Source: Macrostomum lignano
Taxonomy: Eukaryota
Length of the DNA: 64,000 nucleotides
Assembly (NCBI GenBank): GCA_002269645.1
Contig: NIVC01002746.1
Coordinates: 62,001 to 126,000 of the forward strand
Reading direction: 5' to 3'
The notes beneath the pieces are model-generated. The model searched no databases. It was not told the origin of the DNA and worked only from the letters and a program-made list of their open reading frames with translations. Positions 33,185 to 59,170 of the stretch are shown in pieces. Position numbers and translations under genes: made by a program. Each line of letters opens with the position of its first letter. The stretch's first letter is position 1.

Positions 33185-36100
33185 TGAATGAGTAAGTGAG
33201 TGAGTGAGTGAATGAGTGAGTGAGTGATTGAGTGAGTGAGTAAATGAGTGAGTGAGTGAATGAGTGAGTGAGTGAGTGAATGAGTGAGTGAGTGAGTGAA
33301 TGAGTGAGTGAGTGAGTGAATGAGTGAGTGAGTGAGTGAGTAAATGAGTGAGTGAGTGAATGAGTGAGTGAATGAGTGAGTGAGTGAGTGAGTGAGTGAG
33401 TGAGTGAGTGAGTGAATGAATGAATGAGTGAGTGAGTGAGTGAGTGAGTGAGTGAATGAGTGAGTGTGTGTGTGAGTGAATGAGTGAGTGAGTGAGTGAG
33501 TGAGTGAGTAAGTAAGTGAGTGAGTGTGTGTGTGAGCGAATGAGTGAGTGAGTGAGTGAGTGAGTGAGTGAGTAAGTAAGTAAGTAAGTGAGTGAGTGAG
33601 TGAGTGAGTGAGTGAGTGAATGAGTGAGTGTGTGTGTGAGTGAATGAGTGAGTGAGTGAGTGAGTGAATGAGTGAGTGTGTGTGTGAGTGAATGAGTGAG
33701 TAAGTGAGTGAGTGAATGAGTGAGTAAGTAAGTGAGTGAGTGAGTGAGTGAATTAGTGAGTGAGTGAGTGAGTGAGTGAGTGAGTGAGTGAGTAAGTAAG
33801 TGAGTGAGTGTGTGTGTGAGCGAATGAGTGAGTGAGTGAGTGAGTGAGTGAGTGAGTAAGTAAGTAAGTGAGTGAGTGAGTGAGTGAGTGAATGAGTGAA
33901 TGAGTGAGTGTGTGTGTGTGAGTGAATGAGTGAGTAAGTGAGTGAGTGAATGAGTGAGTGAGTAAGTGAGTGAGTGAGTGAGTGAGTGAGTGAATGAGTG
34001 AGTGAGTGAGTGAGTGAGTAAGTGAGTGAGTGAGTGAATGAGTGAGTGTGTGTGTGAGTGAATGAGTGAGTGAGTGAGTGAGTGAATGAGTGAGTGTGTG
34101 TGTGAGTGAATGAGTGAGTAAGTGAGTGAGTGAATGAGTGAGTGAGTAAGTGAGTGAGTGAGTGAGTGAGTGAGTGAATGAGTGAGTGAGTGAGTGAGTG
34201 AGTGAGTGAGTGAGTGAGTGAGTGAGTGAGTGAGTGAGTGAGTAAGTAAGTAAGTGAGTAAGTGTGTGTGTGTGTGAGCGAATGAGTGAGTGAGTGAGTG
34301 AGTGAGTGAGTGAGTAAGTAAGTAAGTGAGTGAGTGAGTGAGTGAGTGAGTGAGTGAGTAAGTGAGTGAGTGAGTGAGTGTGGGTGAATGAGTGAGTGAG
34401 TGAGTAAGTGAGTGAGTGAATGAGTGAGTGATAGCCAGACAGGCCCTCACCTGGGTGCACCAGTTGGCGGCAGCCAGCAGCACAGGCGGTGAGCACAGCT
34501 GCGGATGCGGCATGATCAGAGGGCAGAGCGCCAATCCGGCGATACCCCTGGCGGGCACGCAGGCTGCCAGCAGGCGGAGGTGGGCGGGCAGGCAGGGCAG
34601 CCGCCTGGCGGGCACGCTGTCTATGGCCACAGCCATCTGAGCGGCAGACTGGGCCAGTCCCAGCCGAGGCTGCCTAGTAGTATCGCTAGCAGCCGCCTCA
34701 TCAACCCCTACACTAGACTGGGCCGTATAATTATCGAAGAAATCTTTTTTAGCAACCTCTGCCAGCCAGGCGGCCAGCTTAGCGTTGAGCTTGCCGGCCT
34801 CTAGCAGCGAGGCCAGCTCGTCTAGGAACAGAAGCGACACGTGCGGCGCCTGGGTGCACGCTTTGCGCACCAGGTTAACCAGACTGACTGCGCTTTTAAC
34901 GTCCTCGGTAGATTCGCAGGCGGCCACCTGCTGGGAGCCGAGTTGTTGGGACAGTAGAAGGTGGCGCTGTTGAAGCTCCTCTGACGGTGTGATGCACTGC
35001 AGCATGGCCAAGACGCCCAGGACTCCGTAGGACTGCGGGTTGCGCGATTGAGAGAATGAAGGGGCTTGGGCAGGGATCTTCACCCTGGCTCTGAACCTAC
35101 CTCTCATTTTCCATCCCATACCTCCTATCTCTACTCCCTACCTCCTATCTCTACTCCCTACCTCTCATCTCTACTCCCTACCTCTCATCTCTACTCCCTA
35201 CCTTCTATCTCTACTCCCTACCTCCTATCTCTACTCCCTACCTCTCATCTCTACTCCCTACCTCTTATCTCTACTCCCTACCTCTCATCTCTACTCCCTA
35301 CCTCTTATCTCTACTCCCTACCTCCTATCTCTACTCCCTACCTTCTATCTCTACTCCCTACCTTCTATCTCTACTCCCTACCTCCTATCTCTACTCCCTA
35401 CCTCTCATCTCTACTCCCTACCTCTCATCTCTACTCCCTGCCTCTTATCTCTACTCCCTACCTCCTATCTCTACTCCCTACCTCCTATCTCTACTCCCTA
35501 CCTCCTATCTCTACTCCCTACCTCCTATCTCTACTCCCTACCTCCTATCTCTACTCCCTACCTCCTATCTCTACTCCCTACCTCTTATCTTTACTCCCTA
35601 CCTTCTATCTCTACTCCCTACCTCCCATCTCTACTCCCTACCTCCTATCTCTACTCCCTACCTCCTATCTCTACTCCCTACCTTTCATCTCTACTCCCTA
35701 CCTCCTATCTCTACTCCCTACCTCTTATCTCAACTCCCTACCTTCTATCTCTACTCCCTACCTCTCATCTCTACTACCTACCTCCCATCTCTACTCCCTA
35801 CCTCCTATCTCTACTCCCTACCTCCTATCTCTACTCCCTACCTCCTATCTCTACTCCCTACCTCTCATCTCTACTCCTTATCTCTCATCCCTATCTCTTA
35901 TCTCTACCTCATACCTCCTCATCTCTACCCCATACCTCCTCATCTCTACCCCATACCTCCTCATTTCTACCCCATACCTCTCATCTCTACCACATACCTC
36001 TCATCTCTACCCCATACCTCTCATCTCTACCCCATACCTCTCATCTCTACTCCCTACCTCCTATCTCTACTCCCTACCTCTCATCTCTACTCCCTACCTC

Positions 36101-39100
36101 TTATCTCTACTCCCTACCTCTCATCTCTACTCCTTATCTCTCATCCCTATCTCTTATCTCTACCCCATACCTCCTCATCTCTACCCCATACCTCCTCATC
36201 TCTACCCCATACCTCCTCATTTCTACCCTATACATCTCATCTCTACCCCATACCTCTTATCTCTACCCCATACCTCCTCATTTCTACCCCATACATCTCA
36301 TCTCTACCACATACCTCTCATCTCTACCCCATACCTCTCATCTCTACCCCATACCTCTCATCTCTACCACATACCTCTTATCTCTACCACATACCTCTTA
36401 TCTCTACCCCTACCTCTCATCTCTATACTTAACTCTCATCTCTAAATCTCACCTCAGCCCCAAATTCTCATCTCTAATCCTATCAACTATTCAATGGCTC
36501 CTTCATCAGTCTTCCAGCCTCCCAAAACAGCCTCACCTGATACATTGGCCGGCTGTGCCACAGCTGTTTCCTAACCAGAATGCACAGATCATCCTGCAGA
36601 GCCTGCCTACCGCCACCGCAGCCTCTGTAAGCCAGCCTGGCCAATGCGGAGTACAGCAGCCTGGCCTGACCCGGGCCCAGCTGGTGCAGCACGTCCAGCG
36701 CCGCACGGAGCAGAGCGGCGAAACTGGCCAGCTCAGTTGGCCAAGCGTCGGCCACATCGACGAGGCATTGCAGCGCGTGATCTGGCTCGGAGCCAAGACG
36801 GCTCAGCAGGCAGGCGACCAGGCTCTGCTGCCAGTGCGGAGACAGGCAGCCAAACATGTCGGAGCTGACTGCCCGAGCCCAGCTCTGCCCAGCTGCCAAT
36901 GACGATGAGTCAGCGGCGGCGCTGTTAGCTGCCAGACCGTCGAGTAAGTCGACAAGCTGTTCAGCCATCCGCCTGGCCAGCACCGGGTGATGACAGCGAA
37001 GGTCGGCGCCGCACCTGGCCGGCAGGCGGCGGTTGCGAATCAGCGACCGGCAGAGGCGGAGCACGGCTTGCCGACGGCGTCGGGAGTTTCGAGAGCTGCC
37101 GCCGCCGCCGCTTCTGCGAGCGGCACTAAAAGCAGCGGCGAGGACAAGCAGATCGACTAGATGAAGACTGTCGACAGAACTCTGACGCTGCTGCTGCTGT
37201 TCCGTAACAGCTGTTGTTGTTGCTGCTGTTGTTGTCGAAGTTGGGAATGCCTCGATAGCACGAAGCCAACAATCGGCTAGTTGAGGGCTGCAATAATATT
37301 TTATAATCATATCATAATTAGACTACTGTCAGTAAAGAAAATAGAATTTTAAGCGCTTTTTACTAAGAAAAACAAAAAATGATTCCGAAATTTTTTGTTA
37401 ACTCATATTTTATTTGAATTATCAATGACTTTATAATTACTGAGATTCACATGTACAATCCCTGTGCACCCTTAGGGGCTGGCTCTCATGGCTGTGACTC
37501 GCGACAACTCCTTTCAAGGCCAATTTGGCAGAAACTAACAAAACTGTTTCTATATATGGGTGTTATAGTTTTAAAGACAGGTTTCACCGGAAAAATACAC
37601 TACGGAGATAGGAAATTTCACGTTTTTTAACACTAAAACAGTGATTGGGTCTCTTAACAGTGTCAGAGAAAGTTCTAATCACGCTATTTTGTGCCTTACA
37701 TGCTGCTCTAAGGATGCATTAATCGATTTTTCATATTAAATTGGTCTTGTCATTTATTTTAAACGTTTTTTTTCAAGTTCAAGTTGCATCCTACATATAT
37801 GTTACTTCAGTAGTCCTTGATCGGCCACTGTACATTGCGTCCCCTCTCTCCCTGCAGCCAATCAGCTTCGGTCTATAGCACTAGCAATTTAATGGCCTGG
37901 ACAATTAAATGAAAAATTAATAAAATTAAATGACAGTCTAGACTAATTGGTGGGCCATGTATGGTATTAACTAAGTTAGGAAAATAATTACAAATTAGTA
38001 CTACTAGTAGTAAGCTAATCAGATTTAGTTTTAATTTGATTTGATTGGTCAGGCCAATAAAAAAATAACTGTCCAGGCCATTAAATTGCAAGCGAGATAG
38101 ACCGAAGCTGATGATTGGCTGGCAGGAAGAGAGGGGACGCAATGCCTGATTGGCTGGCAGGAAGAGAGGGGACGCAATGTCTGATTGGCTGCAGGAAGAG
38201 AGGGGACGCAATGTCTGATTGGCTGCAGGAAGAGAGGGGACGCAATGTCTGATTGGCTGCAGGAAGAGAGGGGACGCAATGTCTGATTGGCTGCAGGAAG
38301 AGAGGGGACGCAATGTCTGATTGGCTGCACTGCAGGGAGAGAGGGGACGCAATGTCTGATTGGCTGGCAGGAAGAGAGGGGACGCAATGTCTGATTGGCT
38401 GGCAGGAAGAGAGGGGACGCAATGTCTGATTGGCTGGCAGGAAGAGAGGGGACGCAATGTCTGATTGGCTGCAGGAAGAGAGGGGACGCAATGTCTGATT
38501 GGCTGCAGGGAGAGAGGGGACGCAATGTCTGATTGGCTGCAGGGAGAGAGGGGGCGCAATGTCTGATTGCCTGCACTGCAGGGAGAGAGGGGGCGCAATG
38601 TCTGATTGGCTGGCAGGGAGAGTGGGGACGCAATGTCTGATTGGCTGGCAGGGAGAGTGGGGACGCAATGTCTGATTGGCTGGCAGGGAGAGTGGGGACG
38701 CAATGTCTGATTGGCTGCAGGAAGAGAGGGGACGCAATGTCTGATTGGCTGCAGGGAGAGAGGGGACGCAATGTCTGATTGGCTGCAGGGAGAGAGGGGA
38801 CGCAATGTCTGATTGGCTGGCAGGGAGAGTGGGGACGCAATGTCTGATTGGCTGGCAGGGACAGAGGGGACGCAATGTACAGTGGACATAACTATCATCT
38901 CATACATTATCCTACACTTAACTAGCTACTCACTTCGCTGCTAATTTCCGTTGCACCAACTCGCAGACCAGAGACTCGGCAGTTTCAGTAGCCGCCGCAG
39001 AAGCGGCCAAGTTAGCTGCAGATGAAGCAGCATTCGGCGCCATCGGCTGGATGCCGCTGATATTTAAGCTGGCCCAGCTGCCGCCCGTGTCTCCCGGCTG

Positions 39101-40612
39101 TTGCGTGCTGGTCAGCCATTTTGGCTGCTGTTTAATTTGCACCTGTTGCACCTGAGTCTGCTGCTTTTGCTGCTCCAACACGGGCACGGCGAACATGTCT
39201 AGCCGAGATCGAATCTCCATCAGGAACTCGATGACAGCGTCCGGTTCGGATGGCGGGTTGTCCAGCAGGAAGCGCAGCAGCACGGGGATTGATAGGCAGC
39301 TGCGGACGGAGGCCAGCAGTTGCATGGCGAGCCGGCGAAATTCGCCCAATTGCGATTCGCTTAATGGCAACAAGGTGAGACAATCGAATAGGGCCGGTGT
39401 TAGCGGCGTTGAACTCGCGTTGCCATGGCTACCGCTAGTGTCGTCTAGTTCTGTAGCAGATACTAGCAGACTTCTCAGCTTCTCGCACAGGCTATCGGTG
39501 GCCTGGGTGAACAGCTCGGGCAGCAGGGCGATCGTATCGCGTTTGGCGTCCAAGGATGAAGCCTCGATGATGTCGAATAGAATGGCCTCGATTCGGGAGG
39601 CTGCCTCGCGGGCAAGGGGCAGGTAGCGGAACTGGCTGAGTATGAGCTTGGTGTAGTTCACCTGCCGGATGAAGGGTTATTCTTTAGGTTGTTGTGCCAT
39701 AGCAACTGGGGATCTGGGAGGCTGGCCCAGCAACTGAGGATCTGGGAGGCTGGTGGCCCAGCAACTAAGGATCTGGGAGGCTGGCCCAGCAACTGAGGAT
39801 CTGGGAGGCTGGCCCAGCAACTGAGGATCTGGGAGGCTGGTGGCCCAGCAACTGAGGATCTGAGAGGCTGGCCCAGCAACTGAGGATCTGGGAGGCTGGC
39901 CCAGCAGCTGAGGACCTGGGAGGCCGGCAGCCCGCTCACCTGCAGGCACACAGGGTAGTCACTCTTATCGATGGCCACCAGCAGCTCCGCCAGCATCTCA
40001 GCCAGTCCAGCCTGCAGAGGCGGCACCTCCAGCAGGCAGCGCATCAGGGACACAGGCAGGCCAAAGTCCGACACCACATCGGCTGGCCCGGCAGCTGAAT
40101 TCGAACTGCCGCAGGACAGGAGCTCGGCAGGGGTGAGCATAGCGTAGAGATTGCGCTCGGACTCCGTGGCCGTCTGTTTTTGCAATCAATTAGTAAATAT
40201 GAAAAATGAGTCAGAAATACTATTGAATACGAATTTATTGGCATTTTTATATTTAAAATATTTTGCCTCTATTTCTACTATCAGTAGTGTATCAAAGGTT
40301 ATTACTTAATAATTCTAAACACGCAATATTCTGCTATTGCTACTGTAAGTAAAGTACCAAGGAAAATTTGGCTATTAGGGAACTAATAAAAAATGACCTC
40401 ACCTGTACATCATCGAGCAGAGCTTGTGCGGCGGCACTGCCGCGTTTTGTCAAATTAGCTTCGATTCGTTGGGCAACGCTGTGCCGATTGGCGCCCAGCT
40501 GAACGATCAAGTTCCCAGAATCTTCGGCATCTTCAGCTGCCGGGTTTAAACCTGAACTCTCCCTGACTAGCTGGATATGACAGCCGCTAAGGTGATGCAG
40601 CACCTGATTCAT
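29581..40612 (-). CDS. FANCD2: Fanconi anemia group D2 protein; predicted exons 40612-40403, 40173-39940, 39661-38934, 37287-36537, 35032-34451, 33072-32437, 31894-31209, 30854-30473, 30057-29581 (about 1560 aa)
   Basis: All junctions are GT-AG and phase-consistent. Contains LQDDLCILVRKQL (context of the monoubiquitinated Lys; AAA codon at 36569-36567), SLMRCLLEVPPLQ, ILHLLEDL and a C-terminus GRALVEAFMRHGLPLL...LETFIYRVRALV...GQLKLKNIQGEE matching FANCD2. The start codon is less certain. Confidence 0.92.
32020..32417. repeat. 20-bp minisatellite (TTGAACTACAATAGTACATC) in a FANCD2 intron
   Basis: Direct reading of tandem units. Confidence 0.93.
33095..34430. repeat. (GTGA)n/(GT)n compound microsatellite filling a FANCD2 intron
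   Basis: Direct reading. Confidence 0.97.
35095..36480. repeat. About 20-bp pyrimidine-rich minisatellite (CTACCTCCTATCTCTACTCC) in a FANCD2 intron
   Basis: Direct reading. Confidence 0.95.
37826..38884. mobile_element. Non-autonomous foldback/MITE-like element with CACTG...CAGTG ends and a one-sided 34-35-bp subterminal repeat expansion
   Basis: The left end CACTGTACATTGCGTCCCC is the reverse complement of the right end GGGGACGCAATGTACAGTG. Internal symmetry also at 37855/38097 and 37890/38070. About 22 tandem units lie at 38105-38880. No exact TSD. Confidence 0.72.
39705..39930. repeat. 28/31-bp minisatellite (GATCTGGGAGGCTGGCCCAGCAACTGAG) in FANCD2 intron 2
   Basis: Direct reading. Confidence 0.9.
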
Positions 40613-40712
40613 GCTGACACTGACTGACAAAATATCGTTTCAAGTTTTCGATATTTATGTATAATTTACTGAAATTGTGTGAAACAAGTATTTAAATGAA
40701 AGATTTATAAGA

Positions 40713-41620
40713 GTGAATCCCGCTACCTTCTTTACAGACCCCTCAGTGAATCCCGCTACCTTCTTTACAGACCCCTCAGAGAATCCCGCTACCCTCTTTA
40801 CAGACCCCTCAGTGAATCCCGCTGCCCTCTTTACAGACCCCTCAGAGAATCCCACTACCCTCTTTACAGACCCCTCAGAGAATCCCGCTGCCCTCTTTAC
40901 AGACCCCTCAGTGAATCCCGCTGCCCTCTTTACAGACCCCTCAGAGAATCCCGCTGCCCTCTTTACAGACCCCTCAGAGAATCCCGCTGCCCTCTTTAAC
41001 AGACCCCTCAGAGAATCCCGCTACCCTCTTTACAGACCCCTCAGAGAATCCCGCTGCCCTCTTTACAGACCCCTCAGAGAATCCCGCTGCCCTCTTTACA
41101 GACCCCTCAGAGAATCCCGCTACCCTCTTTACAGACCCCTCAGAGAATCCCGCTGCCCTCTTTACAGACCCCTCAGTGAATCCCGCTGCCCTCTTTACAG
41201 ACCCCTCAGAGAATCCCGCTGCCCTCTTTACAGACCCCTCAGAGAATCCCGCTGCCCTCTTTACAGACCCCTCAGAGAATCCCGCTGCCCTCTTTACAGA
41301 CCCCTCAGAGAATCCCGCTGCCCTCTTTACAGACCCCTCAGTGAATCCCGCTGCCCTCTTTACAGACCCCTCAGAGAATCCCACTACCCTCTTTACAGAC
41401 CCCTCAGAGAATCCCGCTGCCCTCTTTACAGACCCCTCAGTGAATCCCGCTGCCCTCTTTACAGACCCCTCAGAGAATCCCGCTGCCCTCTTTACAGACC
41501 CCTCAGAGAATCCCGCTGCCCTCTTTAACAGACCCCTCAGAGAATCCCGCTACCCTCTTTACAGACCCCTCAGAGAATCCCGCTGCCCTCTTTACAGACC
41601 CCTCAGATAATCCCGCTGCT
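40713..41620. repeat. 33-bp minisatellite (AATCCCGCTGCCCTCTTTACAGACCCCTCAGAG) between MCMBP and FANCD2
   Basis: About 27 units. Confidence 0.96.
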
Positions 41621-42169
41621 CTCTAAGGTTCAACAGCATTTCAGTTGAAAGCTACACAGTAAGGCATATAAAAATGAAGTTATATTAAGGCAGCTGAGCT
41701 CTTTGAAGCATCCAGTCAAGGTTTAAAAAACCGACAATATTAATTTAACCAGTTTTATTACTCAAAGACCGTCTTAAAAATGTGTATGCCAAGACACTTC
41801 AGAGCTACGCGGCATTATTTATATTTTGCGAGAGTCTAATATTTGCAAAACCCAATTGATGAAGTAGTACCGGTCAAAAGCAAACTAAAAAAGAAAAATG
41901 CAAAAAAATATTAATAGAAGTTTAGTACCATTAAAAACGCTGATTATTGCAGTAAACCTTATGAATTTGGGACTAAAATAGAAATGATCAGTATGCAGTC
42001 GCTTTGTTTTTGGCTTTTCCAAAAAATATTAAGAACACAGCAATCGTGTGAACAGCGATAATTTGTGACAGGGCAATAAAAGCATTCGGCTATTTAATTT
42101 AATAAAAGTAAGAGCGACATTCTACTTTGCAATGTAGGAGGCATAATGCGAAGAAAATAAGTGATAAAA

Positions 42170-42655
42170 GAGATGAGACAGACGGGAGATTATAGATGAG
42201 ACAGTGAGACTAGATATGAGAAATGTGAAGATTTATATTTGACAGGGAGAATAGATATGAGACAGGGAGATTAGATATGAGACAGAGAGATCAGATATGA
42301 AACAGGGAGATTAGATGACACAGGGAGATTAGAGATGAGACAGGGGGACTGGGGGAGATTAGAGATGAAAAAGGTGGAGACTATATTTGACAGGAAGATT
42401 ATAGATTAGACAGGAGAAAGATTAGAGATTAGACAAGGGGGATTAGAGATGGCATTGGTGGAGATAAGAGATGAGACAGGTGGAGATTAGATATGAGATA
42501 GGAGAAAGATTAGAGATGAGACAGTGTGATTAGATATGAGACAGGGAGATCAGATATGAAACAGGGAGTTTAGATATGAGACAGGGAGATTAGAGATGAG
42601 ACAGGGAGATTATAAAAGATGAGACAGGGAGAGATTAGAGATAAGACAGGCTAAG
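42170..42655. repeat. Degenerate GA-rich tandem repeat (GAGACAGGGAGATTAGATAT-like)
   Basis: Direct reading. Confidence 0.8.
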
Positions 42656-42713
42656 AGAATAGCGAACAATCATGAGATTAGAGTGTCAGGCGAGGCCCCA
42701 GCGCAGCCCAGCA

Positions 42714-46924
<4,211 letters not shown>

Positions 46925-47059
46925 GACGATGCTGGGCTGGCTCTTCAGTTTTCGAGCTGGATAAATTATAGAAAATATGAGGATTGCAACTGGAAGAAAA
47001 AAACAAATCAAATATTCAAGTCGCTACAGTGGTGTTGTGCGGATTAACGCAACGCGAAA

Positions 47060-47585
47060 CAGATGGGGAGGGATGGGGAAATGGGGGTGATGATGGGGAA
47101 TTGTGAGTGAGGGATGGGGAAATGGGGGTGAAGGATGGGGAAATGGAGGTGAAGGATGGGGAAATGAGTGAGGCATGGGAAAATGGGAGTGAGGGATGGG
47201 GAAATAGGAGTGAGGGATGGGGAAATAGGAGTGAGGGATGGGGAAATAGGAGTGAGGGATGGGGAAATGGGGGTGAAGGATGGGGAAATGTGAGTGAGGG
47301 ATGGGGAAATGAGGCATGGGAAAATTGGAGTGAGGGATGGGGAAATAGGAATGAGGGATGGGGAAATAGGAGTGAGGGATGGGGAAATAGGAGTGAGGGA
47401 TGGGGAAATAGGAGTGAGGTATGGGGAAATAGGAGTCTGGGATGGGGAAATGTGAGTGAGGGATGGGGAAATGGGGGTGAAGGATGGCGAAATGTGAGTG
47501 AGGGATGGGGAAATGTGAGTGAGGGATGGGGAAATGTGGGTGAGGGATGGGGAAATGTGAGTGAGGGATTGGGAAATAGATGAGA
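47060..47585. repeat. 21-bp minisatellite (GAGTGAGGGATGGGGAAATAG) just upstream of MCMBP
   Basis: Direct reading. Confidence 0.92.
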
Positions 47586-48284
47586 GATGGGGAGTGATTG
47601 GTGGCGAAATAGTGGTGCGAGATGGGAAAACAGCTGTAGGGTGTGGGGATTTTAGTTTCTAATTCAGTTGGCGTTGAACCAGTAAAAAAAAATTGAAAGA
47701 ACGGATCTGCAATTTTGTGATACAATCTTCGAAATTATTTTATAATTTGTAACTTAAAAAGCTTTGATATAGTGTATAATTTTTATGACCAAAAATTTTG
47801 CAACAATATTTAATTTAAGAAAGCAATCAAATACAAAATAGGACAAATAATTGCAGACAATATCAATCTTGATAGCTATTGGTAGCTTGACTATAGGAGT
47901 CAATTAAGGAACTGATTTATGAAATATTACTAAGCTTACTAAATTAGAAAAGTTATTGGAAAAATTAGAGTGATTCAAATAAATATCCAACATGAACGGC
48001 AAAAATCGAACATCTTGTACAAAGCAATTTACTCTGCAACACAGTTCTAAATACGGTTATAATCCAATAAACTGACAATCATTATTAACATAAACCAGGC
48101 ATCTATAATCACAGAGACTGTGGATTGCACAGTCGATTTGTTGGCCTTATATGAACTGACGAATCTTATAGAACTTTACTTAATAGCACGATGTACTAGG
48201 ACGGGATCCAACGCCTACTAAGCTGACCGGGATCACATAAGTATATCAAGTTCGTTTCATTCCGAAGGCTGCAGCTACAGTTAT

Positions 48285-48778
48285 ATTGCCTTGGATGGGA
48301 GGGTGGCTGCAGCTCCAATTTTATTACCCTGGATGGGAGGGAGGGGGTTGCAGCTCCAGTTTTATTACCCTGGATAGGAGGACACTGCAGCTCTAGTTTT
48401 ATTACCCTGAATAGGAGGGGGTTGCAGCTCCAGTTTTATTACCCTGAATAGGAGGGGGTTGCAGCTCCAGTTTTATTACCTGAATAGGAGGGGGCTGCAG
48501 CTCCAGTTTTATTACCCTGGATGGGAGGGGGCTGTAGCTTCAGTTTTATTACCCTGGATGGGAGGGAGGAGTTGCAACTCAAGTTTTATTACCCTGGATG
48601 GGAGAGGGTTGCAGCTCCAGTTTTATTACCCTGGATGGGAGGGGGCTGTAGCTCCAGTTTTATTACCCTGGATGGGAGGGAGGACTTGCAACTCCAGTTT
48701 TATTACCCTGGATGGGAGGGAGGAGTTTCAACTCCAGTCTTATTACCCTGGATGGGAGAGGGTTGCAGCTCCAGTTGT
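48285..48778. repeat. About 38-41-bp minisatellite (GCAGCTCCAGTTTTATTACCCTGGATGGGAGGG...)
   Basis: About 12 units. Confidence 0.9.
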
Positions 48779-49711
48779 ATTACATTCACGCAAAAAAGAA
48801 TTATTATAATATAGAAAAAAGTAACGCATAAGCACATAGCACTACTTATTGCTAAATAAGTAACAACTAGTAGAAAATATTAGAAAAATGTTAATAAAAC
48901 AATCAGCAATGGTTCTTCAAAAATGTGTATAGGTGACGAATCGAGAATTAGGTATAAAATTGATTATGCTTGAAATTAAACAGCATACTGCCAAAGTGAG
49001 AACTGAATTTACTTCTTTTGTAAGCAAAACAAATAACGCCGTGACAACACGGTAAGGACAACGCTTGACTAAAGACAATAATACAAATCTAATGGCTCTT
49101 AAACGTGAAACCGATCTGTGACAGAACTGAAAAAGCACGAACTTATAAGGTATCATTATAATCAACAGCAGAGCAATAATTCACAGCCCACAATGGCTGC
49201 ATCGTGAACGCATCCAGTAAATATTGCACATTGCCTGCATAGTTATGCTGATGTAGCTAAACAATAGAATGAATGTAATATTTATTGAAATCGCGAGCAA
49301 GATTGAAAAGAGGTTAGCAATAAAATACAAAATAGAAAGAACTGCACAGAATGAATAGGTGAGATATAGAGGTCACAAATATAGATTGTAGACATTTATG
49401 ATAGAAAAAAGTAGTTGGCCAACAAGGCAAGATGAAGAGACACAGATTCGTTTAGAAATCAGAATAATGAAGAAAAAAATTAATATCAAGAAATAGCATA
49501 TTTATCATCGAACTGACTACAATCAATAATAAATTCAATATAGGTATACGCTACTTGACAGAAATACATGACAGAGTGAAGTCTAATCATAGAATGTTGA
49601 ATCGCTTTTTGATTATTCCTATTTCGTGGAGTTCAGTTTATTAACAAATTTATTATTTTATAAATTTAAAAGTGCCAATAGTTATAAGTGAAAACACACT
49701 ACCGACTCAGC

Positions 49712-57544
<7,833 letters not shown>

Positions 57545-58269
57545 ATTCTCACAGACTATAATATGCTATCCATTGCTTACAGGGATATTTTCAATTGGCA
57601 AATATGAACTAAAATTCTGTATTTTGGCAAGTCTATATTTTGGCAAATAAACTAGTATAAATATAATATGAGTGTTGCAAAACATTTCTAAACTGTGATC
57701 ACTGAAACTATACCTAAAATCTCTTCTCTTTTAGCTTTGTTTCATATAGGCATAAAATTTCACAGCAATACCATCTACCAAAAGTTATAAGCATTTCAAA
57801 ACTGTACCCAAGAAATTTTTAACAGAACTTGGCAATGCACACAGTGCTACAGGTAGTCGCTCATAATTGCGGTCACAATCGGGAAGATAGAACTTTCTGA
57901 TGCACTCCAGAACAGTGTCACCAATAGGCTTCAAAGATGATGCTTTCTTTAACTCCTTAACCATCCAGATAACAAACCTTACTTGGTCATTGCCACCATG
58001 CAAGTGCAGCCAATGCTGGATTGCCAAGTCGATTCCAATTGGCCAGGGTCTTGGATTGTGGAGGGTCAGCGTGCATCCCCATGGCAAGCCACCTACCTAC
58101 CAGTGATGACAACCCGTGACAATCTGCCAGCACTGCCATTCACACCTGGACAGAGGAACTGCTCATCAGTGTACCAAAATGCTAAGAAGAAGCAATCTCT
58201 AAGACAAATTCTCTCTGGATGAACATGGTGCGGAGATTCATTCTCGACTGATGTAGTTAAAAGCAAATG

Positions 58270-59170
58270 TGCAGTGGAGGTATCTGTATCAAGTTCCATG
58301 CCTTGCTTTGGCTATCTCCAAAAGAGACATACAAAATCATGCATCAAGCCAAGGCAGACTCTTGTTTATCATATGACACTGTTTGTCGCTAGATGGCAAA
58401 TGTTCTTGACAGCAAAGAAGACATTCAAGATAAACCTCAAAGTAGGCCTTGTTTAACGAGAACAACATAGTTGGTGCAGAAGGTAGAAGCTGCTTTATAA
58501 GAGGATCACCATGTCACCTCTTGTCAGCTGGCTGAGTCTACTTGCATATCTCTAAACACAATCTATATATTGCTAACTGAAGATCTTGGAGTCTTGAAGA
58601 TTCTCTCAAATTTGTTGTTTATTTCCTATAAAATGAGTAGAAGCTCTGCTGCACAACTCTTAGTGTAGCTTATCTGCAAAGACACAGGCGCAAGAGGATT
58701 TAGTTTTTTTCAGAGAATTGTAGCTTATAATAAGAATTAGACTTTTTTGTAGAAGGCTAAACTGAAAGGGCAGAGCGTATCTTGGTGCCAGCCTGGTTTT
58801 CCAAGGCCAATAAAGGCTGCAAAGAGCATTGCTTAGCAGAAAACCATGCATGTGACATTCTTTGATTGCAAGGGCATCATCTTCAATCAGGCTATTCTTC
58901 TCAGCCGAATAGTCAATGGTGACTATTATTTGGAAATGCTGCGCAAGGTGCAGAGCCATTTGCAACAAAAGGCCAAGCTTACATGCCTAGGGCCTATAGA
59001 TACTCTACTGCAAGACAACATTGCTCTGCATTGCAAGAAATCAATGATTGAAGCCAACTCCTTATAAGGCTTGGAAATTCTTTTATACCCACCTTATTTG
59101 CTGGATCTTAGCCTATGTACCTTTTTCCTCTTTCCTAGTATCAAGGAGACAATGCAAGGCCACTAGGGTC
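58270..59170 (+). mobile_element. Decayed mariner (Tc1/mariner) transposase pseudogene
   Basis: Broken frames give ICIKFHALLWLSPKETYKIMHQA..CLSYDTVCR*...EDIQDKPQSRP (HTH region), EDHHVTSCQLAE...ILLTEDLG, MHVTFFDCKGII...VNGDYYLEMLRK, LLQDNIALH and a YPPYLLDLSLCTFFLFP-like motif (YSPDLAP motif). Stops and frameshifts present; TIRs not found. Confidence 0.82.

Noticed and set aside
32924-35119. 731-aa ORF with HSLT repeats
   Set aside because: It is a chance read-through of FANCD2 exon 5 into a (TCAC)n intron; phase-consistent splice sites remove the repeat.
57785-58299. Short ORFs upstream of the mariner relic
   Set aside because: No recognisable motif or splice-supported frame; they cannot be assigned without a search.
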